A stretch of 64,000 bases of DNA from an uncultured Bacteroidaceae bacterium (lineage in GTDB: Bacteria > Bacteroidota > Bacteroidia > Bacteroidales > SM23-62). Location of the stretch: positions 64,098 through 128,097 of the forward strand of contig CAYOPZ010000001.1 in the NCBI GenBank assembly GCA_964406005.1, given 5' to 3'. The notes under the pieces were generated by a model. That model was not told the origin of the DNA. It saw nothing but the letters and a program-made list of their open reading frames with translations, and searched no databases. This document shows, piece by piece, positions 7,869 through 15,210 of the stretch. The position numbers were made by a program, and so were the translations under genes. The stretch's first letter is position 1. The number at the start of each line of letters is the position of its first letter.

Positions 7869-10244
7869 CTATTGTCTTCTCAGTCTCAATGCATTGGATA
7901 TCACCGAAACCGAACTGAAGCTCATTGCCGCAGCTGCGATAATCGGGCTTAGCAGAATGCCGAAGAACGGGAAAAGAATCCCGGCAGCCACCGGAACCCC
8001 GACGGAGTTGTAAGCGAATGCGAAAAACAGGTTCTGCCTGATGTTCCGCATGACCTTCCGGCTCAGGTCCCTTGCCCGAACGATCCCGTTAAGGTCCCCC
8101 CTGACCAGGGTGATCTCGGCGCTCTGCATGGCGATGTCGGTCCCCGTTCCCATGGCTATTCCGACATCCGCCAGTTCAAGCGCCGGGGCATCGTTTATGC
8201 CGTCGCCTGCCATTGCTACTTTTTTCCCCGATTCCTGGAATTCTTTTACCTTTTTAAATTTATCTTCGGGTAAACAATCCGCCTGGTATCCGTCGAGTTT
8301 CAATTCTTCTGCAACCGCCCTGGCCGTGTATTCATTATCACCTGTCAGCATATGCACTTCGACATCCATATTTTGCAGGGCTTTAATTGCTCCGGCTGAG
8401 GTAACCTTGATGGTGTCTGCGACACTTACGATCCCTTCCACCTTTTTCCCTGCCAGTAAATACATGACCGTTTGTCCCGTCGACTGCCACTGCTTTACCA
8501 ATTTTCCCGCTTCGCCGTTAAGTTCTGCGCCAAAGTCTTCCAGCAGCCGGCTGTTCCCCAGCCCGATCTTTCTGCCTTCGTGAATCCCGGTGACCCCTTT
8601 CCCGGTGACCGATTCGAAGTCACTGACCTTCCCGGGTTCAATACCCCTGTCTCTGGCCCCTTTCACAATGGCTTCTGCAACGGGGTGCTCGCTGTATGCA
8701 TCGACACTTGCCGCCAGACGGAGGATCTCCTTGTCGGATGATCCCGAAAATGACGCGTAATTCTTCAGAGCCGGCTTTCCTTCGGTAATCGTGCCGGTTT
8801 TATCGATGATCAGGACGTCAACCTTATTCATTTCCTCTATTGCGCTGGCATCCTTTACGAGGACCCCCGCCTGGGCGCCCCTGCCGGTCCCCACCATGAC
8901 GGACATGGGTGTGGCCAGCCCCAGGGCACAGGGACAGGCAATGATCAGGACCGAGACGGCATTGACAAAAGCATAGACCAGTGCCGGTTCAGGTCCCCAG
9001 AGGGCCCATACGGCAAACGTCACCAAGGCGGTCCCGATGACGATCTGTACGAAGTATTTCGCCACCACGTCGGCCAGTTTCTGGATGGGGGCGCGGGACC
9101 GGCCGGCTTCATTGACCATATCTATAATCTGTGCCAGCAGCGTGTCGGAACCGACTTTTTCCGCCTTCATCTCGAAGGAGGTCTTGCCGTTGATCGTTCC
9201 CCCGGTGACCCTGTCATTTTCCGTCTTATCGGCGGGTATGGGTTCTCCGGTGATCATGCTTTCATCCAGAACGGCATTTCCGCTTGTAATGATCCCGTCC
9301 ACGGGTACCTTCTCCCCGGGCCTGACCCTCAGGACATCGCCGATCACGACATCCTCAAGGGGGATTTCCTCTTCCCTGCTGTTCCGGATGACCCTTGCCA
9401 CCGGCGGCACGAGGCCCAAAAGCGCCTTAATGGCGGAATTTGTCTTGCTGTGCGCCCTTAATTCCAACACCTGTCCTATCAGGACAAGCGTTAGAATGAC
9501 CGCCGCAGCTTCGAAATATAAATGTACGTTACCCTGCTCATCCTTGAACTGAGACGGGAATAAGCCCGGGAACAAAAGGCCCAGTACACTGAACAGATAT
9601 GCCGCACCGACACCTATGGAGATCAGGGTCCACATATTCGGCGAATATCGCCGTATGGAGCTCCATCCCCTTTTGAAAAAATCCCGTCCTGAATAAAAGA
9701 CCACGGGGGTGGCAAGGATGAATTCGATCCAGGACCAGAATTTTTCAGAAGCAAGTTTTTCCGGGTTTAAAAACGGGATTAACCCGGACATGGCAATAAT
9801 AAATAAAGGGATGCTCAATGCCAGGGCGATCCAGAATTTTATCCGCATTTTCCGGTAGGCCCGCTCCTCCTGGCTGCTTTCCTCACCTTTCTCCGGGACA
9901 AGGTTCATGCCGCACTTGGGACAGCTCCCCGGTCCTTCCTGCCTCACCTCGGGGTGCATGGGACAGTAGTAAATGCCCTTGCCTGTCCCTGTTGACTGCT
10001 CCCTGTGAACTGCCGGATCCCCGTGAGATCCATTTATGTGATGCCCGTGGCCACTGGCTGATGTATGTTCCACATGATGAGGAGAACCCGCCGATTCGGA
10101 TTTTTCCCTGCTCAGAGCCTTTCCTTCGGCGGTTTCCTCCCCCAGAGGTACCAGGTGCATGTTGCAGACGGGGCAGTCCCCGGGTTCATCGTATACTTTT
10201 TCCCCCTCACAACGCATCGGGCAGATATATTGCTCCTTGGTCAT
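7869..10244 (-). CDS. copA: Copper/silver-translocating P1B-type ATPase with two N-terminal CPxC-type heavy-metal-binding domains
   Basis: 791 aa. Motifs are CPC ([13 protein letters not shown]), [21 protein letters not shown] and GDGINDAP. The N-terminus has [28 protein letters not shown] and [26 protein letters not shown]. Confidence 0.9.
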   Translation of the reverse strand: MTKEQYICPMRCEGEKVYDEPGDCPVCNMHLVPLGEETAEGKALSREKSESAGSPHHVEHTSASGHGHHINGSHGDPAVHREQSTGTGKGIYYCPMHPEVRQEGPGSCPKCGMNLVPEKGEESSQEERAYRKMRIKFWIALALSIPLFIIAMSGLIPFLNPEKLASEKFWSWIEFILATPVVFYSGRDFFKRGWSSIRRYSPNMWTLISIGVGAAYLFSVLGLLFPGLFPSQFKDEQGNVHLYFEAAAVILTLVLIGQVLELRAHSKTNSAIKALLGLVPPVARVIRNSREEEIPLEDVVIGDVLRVRPGEKVPVDGIITSGNAVLDESMITGEPIPADKTENDRVTGGTINGKTSFEMKAEKVGSDTLLAQIIDMVNEAGRSRAPIQKLADVVAKYFVQIVIGTALVTFAVWALWGPEPALVYAFVNAVSVLIIACPCALGLATPMSVMVGTGRGAQAGVLVKDASAIEEMNKVDVLIIDKTGTITEGKPALKNYASFSGSSDKEILRLAASVDAYSEHPVAEAIVKGARDRGIEPGKVSDFESVTGKGVTGIHEGRKIGLGNSRLLEDFGAELNGEAGKLVKQWQSTGQTVMYLLAGKKVEGIVSVADTIKVTSAGAIKALQNMDVEVHMLTGDNEYTARAVAEELKLDGYQADCLPEDKFKKVKEFQESGKKVAMAGDGINDAPALELADVGIAMGTGTDIAMQSAEITLVRGDLNGIVRARDLSRKVMRNIRQNLFFAFAYNSVGVPVAAGILFPFFGILLSPIIAAAAMSFSSVSVISNALRLRRQ

Positions 10245-10264
10245 TTTCTTAATACTGCCTTATT

Positions 10265-10483
10265 TCAGGAGATACTTTGTTTCTGATCAAGGTACTCCTC
10301 CTTGCCTATTTCACCCCTGGCATACCTCTTGTTCAGAATGTCAAGAGCGGAGTTTTTATTACCCCCTGCAGGATTGCCGGAATTGACAAACCTGGCGATT
10401 ATCCACAGGGCGAGAAATAGGATGCCTGCAAAAAGAAACCATCCGACACCCATTCCCCAATGAAATCCATTCATGTGATACAT
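10265..10483 (-). CDS. Small membrane protein with SHOCT-like C-terminal domain
   Basis: 72 aa with one hydrophobic helix, then ILNKRYARGEIGKEEYLDQK (SHOCT pattern). Confidence 0.6.
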   Translation of the reverse strand: MYHMNGFHWGMGVGWFLFAGILFLALWIIARFVNSGNPAGGNKNSALDILNKRYARGEIGKEEYLDQKQSIS

Positions 10484-10515
10484 GATGATCCTCCTTTTAT
10501 TAATTTATTTATAAG

Positions 10516-11076
10516 TTATTGCTGTTCCGACTGTTCACCTTTCGGCTGCGGGCTTGATTCCGGCAAAAAACCTTCCTGGTGCATCATCCGCATCATCATC
10601 TGCATCATATCCGGATGCTGGGCAATCACACCGGTCAGCTGCATGCAAATGGTGGAATCCGTATTACACTGGTCCATCAGGTGCCCCATCTCCTGTAAAA
10701 TCTCCTCATTAACACTGTCACCGGATGCCATGCCCATCATGTTGCCGTATCCGGTCCCCATGTGAGAGGCTTGAGTATTGGTTCCATCGTATCCCATCAT
10801 CCCGTTGCCGTCCCCCATATGGCCATTCTGCATATGGTTACCTTCCAGAAGGTTATTCATCATCACTTGATTTCCTCTCATCATGGTCATGGCATGGGCA
10901 TTCCCGCTCATCTGATCCATGAATTCCATCATGAGATTGTGATCATTCATTATGGTGTTGAATACATCTTCCCTCGTATCCCTGTTCTTCAGCAGGGTTT
11001 CGACATCACCGCTCTGTCCGAGGACGTTAACCGTGAACAGGGTGATCATTGATAAAATCATTGCTGTTGTTTTCAT
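10516..11076 (-). CDS. Secreted Met/His/Gly/Asn-rich protein, putative periplasmic Cu(I)/Ag(I) binder
   Basis: It has a signal peptide. Met/His-rich stretches include AHAMTMMRGNQVMMNN, HMQNGHMGDGNGMMGYDG, HMGTGYGNMMGMASGD and HPDMMQMMMRMMHQ. Confidence 0.65.
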   Translation of the reverse strand: MKTTAMILSMITLFTVNVLGQSGDVETLLKNRDTREDVFNTIMNDHNLMMEFMDQMSGNAHAMTMMRGNQVMMNNLLEGNHMQNGHMGDGNGMMGYDGTNTQASHMGTGYGNMMGMASGDSVNEEILQEMGHLMDQCNTDSTICMQLTGVIAQHPDMMQMMMRMMHQEGFLPESSPQPKGEQSEQQ

Positions 11077-11191
11077 GATATTGAGTCTTTAATTGTTAAT
11101 ATTCCAAGATGCCTTCATAGCATTCACTTGCCGGATCTGCGTGTCCCGTACGGGCCGGGATTCCTCTGGTCCGGCATTAATATGAATGCAT

Positions 11192-11368
11192 TCAAACCGG
11201 CATTAATTTCATATTGCATACCGGACAGTTCCCGGGATGGCTGTAGGTTTTGTCCCCCTCGCAACCCATGGCGCACCGGTATTTAGTAGTCTTTTCTTCA
11301 CTTTCGCCGGATCCGGAATGAGATATCCCGGTATCCTTAATATTACTATGACTTTTTTTCCATTTCAT
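11192..11368 (-). CDS. Stand-alone 58-aa heavy-metal-binding-domain protein (below the ORF-track size cut-off)
   Basis: Manual translation, checked codon by codon: MKWKKSHSNIKDTGISHSGSGESEEKTTKYRCAMGCEGDKTYSHPGNCPVCNMKLMPV, then a stop. The last 30 aa repeat the CopA and CzcB N-terminal motif (C-x-M-x-C ... CPxCxMxL). Confidence 0.55.
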   Translation of the reverse strand: MKWKKSHSNIKDTGISHSGSGESEEKTTKYRCAMGCEGDKTYSHPGNCPVCNMKLMPV

Positions 11369-11455
11369 GATCTTTGATTTTTAGATTTAAATATCCTGAA
11401 ATTCAAGTTCGTTTATTTTGTTCTCTAAAATTACAAAGTCTTAGTAGTCATTGCC

Positions 11456-11486
11456 TTATATAATTATGGGTATGTTTTATATAATT
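11456..11486. repeat. Direct repeat TTATATAATT x2 spaced 21 bp centre to centre
   Basis: TTATATAATT occurs at 11456-11465 and 11477-11486. Both lie in the 245-bp AT-rich gap between the DUF302 gene and the 58-aa HMBD ORF. Confidence 0.6.
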
Positions 11487-11613
11487 CCCGGCGTTAGAAT
11501 AAAATTATTTCTCACGACAATGAATTTGCTTTCAATCCTGCCTGATTTGCCAGTACAATCGCATTTCAACGGGCAAAAGGTATCTTGAGGACCTTCCATT
11601 ATGATTCTTCTGA

Positions 11614-12003
11614 TTATGCCAGTGAATCAATTACTTTCTGAAGTTTTTTCTTAATGTCATCTGCAATTACGGCCAGGTCCGGATTCGTTATGGAAATCAT
11701 TGACGCAACAGGGTTTACTGCGGCAACCTCGGTTGCCCCTGCTTTGGTTTCCTGGACAATCACGTTACAGGGAAGCATAGTCCCTATCTTATCCTCAAGT
11801 AAAAGTGCTTTATGTGCATATGGAGGGTTGCATGCGCCGAGGATTTTATACTGACGGAAATCCACATCCAGCTTTTCCTTCAGCTTTTCATGTATGTCTA
11901 TCTCGCTTAATACACCAAAACCTTCATCCTGCAGAGCTTTTTTTACCTTCCGGACAGCCTCGTCAAAGCTGTCCTTAACTGTTTTATCCAAATAGTATTT
12001 CAT
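11614..12003 (-). CDS. DUF302 domain protein
   Basis: 129 aa. GFGVLSEIDIHEKLKEKL...YKILGACNP is the DUF302 pattern. Confidence 0.7.
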   Translation of the reverse strand: MKYYLDKTVKDSFDEAVRKVKKALQDEGFGVLSEIDIHEKLKEKLDVDFRQYKILGACNPPYAHKALLLEDKIGTMLPCNVIVQETKAGATEVAAVNPVASMISITNPDLAVIADDIKKKLQKVIDSLA

Positions 12004-12029
12004 GTTATATTGATTTTAGGGAACAATGA

Positions 12030-12749
12030 TCAAAAAGCCACCCCAAGGGTGAACAGAGCCTGTGTATCGTACTCCCTTTCTTCGGTTACCGGAACCTGGA
12101 CACCCACACCCAGGGCAGTTTCGTCGGCTATCCTGAATTTAAGCCCAAGCAGTGAATAAAGGCTTGTTCCATCCTGTGTGATTTCCCCCCTGAGTTCCAG
12201 TTCGGGATACAGCATTTCCGATGCCCTGAAAATAAATGAACCCTCGTATTCGGCCATCTTATCGGCCAGGTTGATGTGTGTATTGGCATCCATGACCATG
12301 ATGTCCGGTACGGTGAGCCGGCCCGACACCCCGAAAAGATATTTAAGTTCGTTGGATCCCGGTCCGGGTCCGGTCGGAATGCTGATCTGTCCGAATATGC
12401 TAAGCCCGTTGCGGAGCGAGGCATCATGCAGGGGACTGTACATCAGCATCACCTCGGAATAGCCGGAGGATTTGATCCCGTCAGTGCGGACATGTAATCC
12501 CAGGTTGGGCAGCAGACCTGCTTCAAGATGCAGGGCTATGTCCCTGTCGGCCAGGGAATCCACCCTTTGCTGAAAGGGTGTAACGCGCATGCTCACCTCT
12601 CCGGGTCTGTCAGGCAGTGCCATATGGGCAAGAAAGGGATGGACGAACATATCGGCCATTCCCCCGTTCTCCTCATCCTGGCCCGAAACATTTAAGGCCG
12701 TTGCGGCCAGGAGCAGGGCGGTAAAAACTGAATAATTCATTCTTTTCAT
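12030..12749 (-). CDS. Putative outer-membrane beta-barrel protein
   Basis: It has a signal peptide (MKRMNYSVFTALLLAATALNVSG) and alternating beta-strand-like segments, and ends in aromatic ...TLGVAF. I recognise no specific family. Confidence 0.45.
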   Translation of the reverse strand: MKRMNYSVFTALLLAATALNVSGQDEENGGMADMFVHPFLAHMALPDRPGEVSMRVTPFQQRVDSLADRDIALHLEAGLLPNLGLHVRTDGIKSSGYSEVMLMYSPLHDASLRNGLSIFGQISIPTGPGPGSNELKYLFGVSGRLTVPDIMVMDANTHINLADKMAEYEGSFIFRASEMLYPELELRGEITQDGTSLYSLLGLKFRIADETALGVGVQVPVTEEREYDTQALFTLGVAF

Positions 12750-12799
12750 AATCCTTCTGTTTAATAATCAATCTGTATTTTCTTTCGTTCGGTACAGGT

Positions 12800-13336
12800 T
12801 CAGTCAAACGACTTGAGATAATTCATCAAATCTATAAGGTCGGCATCGCTCATCCGCCACCGGGGCATGTCCCTGTCGAGCGTTTCCCCGTCGGGATGTT
12901 TCCCGTTCTCAACGGCATTCTTGAAGTCCTCGAGAGTGTACTCTTCATGGTTGTGTTCGGCCTCATGCCCGGCTTCTTCCCCTTCTTCTTCCTCGTGGTG
13001 GTGGTTGGCCAGGGCGGACCAGCGTATGTCCGGTGAATCCATGTAAAACATATGCATCATATGGCGGCCACCACTGGCGTCGGTACCGTGGCACGAAACA
13101 CATGCCAGCTGGCCTCCCATCATCATCATCCCCATTTCAGGGCCACCGGTATAGGATATTCCGGATCCGCTTTCACTCGTGGCCGTATAATAAATGCGTT
13201 CCCCGTTTGAGCTGAATGATCCGGGGGCCCAGGCAGTTCCGTACCCTGCAGTCCCGTCGTAGTCCGCCCGTCGGTTACATCCGAACTGCAAAGCGGAGAT
13301 GGCAAGCATTATCGTAAAAATCAGTCGGTATTCCAT
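12800..13336 (-). CDS. Lipoprotein with a single c-type haem motif and a His/Glu-rich tract
   Basis: It has a lipobox-like ISALQFGCN, the haem motif CVSCH (CxxCH), and HHHEEEEGEEAGHEAEHNHEE. Confidence 0.55.
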   Translation of the reverse strand: MEYRLIFTIMLAISALQFGCNRRADYDGTAGYGTAWAPGSFSSNGERIYYTATSESGSGISYTGGPEMGMMMMGGQLACVSCHGTDASGGRHMMHMFYMDSPDIRWSALANHHHEEEEGEEAGHEAEHNHEEYTLEDFKNAVENGKHPDGETLDRDMPRWRMSDADLIDLMNYLKSFD

Positions 13337-13407
13337 AGTTGTTGTTTTATTAAAAATGAGATAAAATTAATACAAGACAGAACTGTAGAAGTCTGTATTC
13401 AGCAGAT

Positions 13408-14493
13408 TTAACCGGCCCTTAACATCTTTTTGACGGCATCATTGATATATTTCTTTGCGCTCAGGACTGCCTTGGCGCCTTCGCCTGAAGCAATAATGAT
13501 GCGCTTTCCCGTAACATTTGTGACGTCCCCACATGCGAAAATGCCTTCAACATTCGTTGAGCAGTCCTTATCTATTACAACCTCTCCTTCCCTGTTCAAT
13601 TCAAGAAGGTTCCCGCAGAATTCCGTATTTGGAACAAATCCGACCTGAATGAAGACTGCCTTGCATGGTATTTCTCTGGTTTTAAGACTCTCTTCAGATT
13701 GAATAACAATGCCTTCGACTTTCTCCCTGCCAAGAATTTCCAGTACATCGTTGCCTTCCAAAATCCTGATATTGTCGTTGTTTGCGAGTCTCTCGATATT
13801 TTCAGGATCAGCCAGCATTTTACCCTGGGTGACTATGGTAACCGTGCAACCGATTTTCAATAATTCCTCCGCTGTCTGAAGTCCCGAATTCCCTCCTCCG
13901 ATAACCACCACATCCAATCCTTTAAACAAGCCAACATCGTGCACCGAACTGTAAGATATTCCCTTGCGCTGCAGCCGGTCCTCCCCCGGTATTCCAAGCT
14001 TCCTCTTTTTCATGCCTGTGGCAATGATAATTGCCTTTGAGGTAATCCTGTCCTTTCCTTTGGTAAAGATTTCAAACTCCCCGTGATGTTTTTCAATTTT
14101 GATCACCTTGTCTATTTTGTGTGCCAGGTAATGTTCATTCAGGAACTGATCCTGGAATTTATCTATCAGTTCTCTCCCTGTAATGAAATCATACCCCATA
14201 TAGTTCTTGATTTTCGAACTGTCTATCGCCTGGCCCCCGATTTCACTGGTAATTAAAAAAGTATTGATTCTTGACAGGGATGCATAAACGGCAGATGTTA
14301 AACCTGCCGGCCCTCCGCCTATGATAACCAGATCATATCCGTATCCCGGGGTGAACTCATTCGGTGAACTTTTAAATTTATCCAGGCAGCCCTGCGAACA
14401 AAAGTAAAAGGTCGTGCCTTCATGCTCGAACCGGTATTGCTCGTCTTCAATCTCCATTCCGCAGACCGGATCTCTATGGCTGTTCTTGTTCAT
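13408..14493 (-). CDS. YHS/TRASH-type metal-binding domain fused to a thioredoxin-reductase-like FAD-dependent oxidoreductase
   Basis: The N-terminal DPVCGMEIEDEQYRFEHEGTTFYFCSQGCLDKF is a YHS/TRASH motif. Then come VIIGGGPAGL (FAD), VVVIGGGNSG (NAD(P)H) and GIFACGDV. I prefer the ATG at 14493 over the TTG at 14505. Confidence 0.75.
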   Translation of the reverse strand: MNKNSHRDPVCGMEIEDEQYRFEHEGTTFYFCSQGCLDKFKSSPNEFTPGYGYDLVIIGGGPAGLTSAVYASLSRINTFLITSEIGGQAIDSSKIKNYMGYDFITGRELIDKFQDQFLNEHYLAHKIDKVIKIEKHHGEFEIFTKGKDRITSKAIIIATGMKKRKLGIPGEDRLQRKGISYSSVHDVGLFKGLDVVVIGGGNSGLQTAEELLKIGCTVTIVTQGKMLADPENIERLANNDNIRILEGNDVLEILGREKVEGIVIQSEESLKTREIPCKAVFIQVGFVPNTEFCGNLLELNREGEVVIDKDCSTNVEGIFACGDVTNVTGKRIIIASGEGAKAVLSAKKYINDAVKKMLRAG

Positions 14494-14556
14494 AATAATG
14501 TACAATTGCAGAATTCAGGCCGTGGCAGTGATTTTCCAACTTATCGTGGTAAGAAT

Positions 14557-14898
14557 TCATATTGCCAGAAGACCTTTTTCGTTTGTTCTCACTTTATAAA
14601 CCTCGTCAACCGGAGACTGAACGATTATCCCATCTCCCTCATAACCTGTTACAGCACTTCTTCGGATCACCGCTATAACCTTATCGGCATGCTCATCTGC
14701 AATCACGATCTCAAGTTTAACAACCTTATAGGACCCGGTAATCGGAAACTTATCACTAATATGGATATTCTCACGATCTGAATACTGCCCTGTCCCCTGG
14801 CATTCAACAAAAGTCATGCAACAGAATCCTGCTTCGTTCAGAGCCTTGTAAACTTCGTCCGTTTTTCTTTGCCTGATATATGCTTTGATTAATTTCAT
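14557..14898 (-). CDS. P-II (GlnB-like) family signal-transduction protein, metal-efflux-associated
   Basis: 113 aa. It aligns by eye along its full length with GlnB (MKLIKAYIRQRK...VKLEIVIADEHADKVIAVIR...GDGIIVQSPVDEVYKVRT). The T-loop region is divergent, with a CC pair. An ATGA overlap joins it to the upstream gene. Confidence 0.7.
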   Translation of the reverse strand: MKLIKAYIRQRKTDEVYKALNEAGFCCMTFVECQGTGQYSDRENIHISDKFPITGSYKVVKLEIVIADEHADKVIAVIRRSAVTGYEGDGIIVQSPVDEVYKVRTNEKGLLAI

Positions 14899-15113
14899 GT
14901 TTTAACAAGTTTGTTGATTTTATTTTCCGGACAGTCTGCCAGATCCTGCAATTGACATTTTGCACAGCCCCCGTCCTCATCCGGATCACCGCCTTCCAGC
15001 GAACAGCCGTGTATCGTGAATTCCGCATTGCGGTTAAACAATAACTTCACGCCAAATGCCAGCATGGAGAAAGCCACGATAAATGCCGATATAATAAAAA
15101 CCTTTAAAAACAT
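14895..15113 (-). CDS. Small single-pass membrane protein with Cys-rich tail (NqrM / FeoB-associated Cys-rich-like pattern)
   Basis: MFLKVFIISAFIVAFSMLAFGV forms the TM segment, followed by HGCSLEGGDPDEDGGCAKCQLQDLADC. I prefer the ATG at 15113 over the TTG at 15125. Confidence 0.5.
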   Translation of the reverse strand: MFLKVFIISAFIVAFSMLAFGVKLLFNRNAEFTIHGCSLEGGDPDEDGGCAKCQLQDLADCPENKINKLVKT

Positions 15114-15210
15114 TTGATCTGACAATAGTTATTTCTCAACACCAAAGTTACAATACATTAACAGTCATTCCTTTACACAATTATGGATTTGATGTTCATA
15201 ATTTTTCCAT

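Noticed and set aside
11077-11191. The palindrome CCCGTACGGG downstream of the 58-aa ORF, considered as a terminator.
   Set aside because: The stem would be only 4 bp with a 2-nt loop and no U-tract, which is too weak to call.
14557-14898. Calling the P-II homolog glnB/glnK (nitrogen regulation).
   Set aside because: No amtB, glnA or other nitrogen genes are adjacent. The T-loop is divergent, and the gene is ATGA-coupled inside a metal-efflux operon. I kept it as a P-II family protein only.
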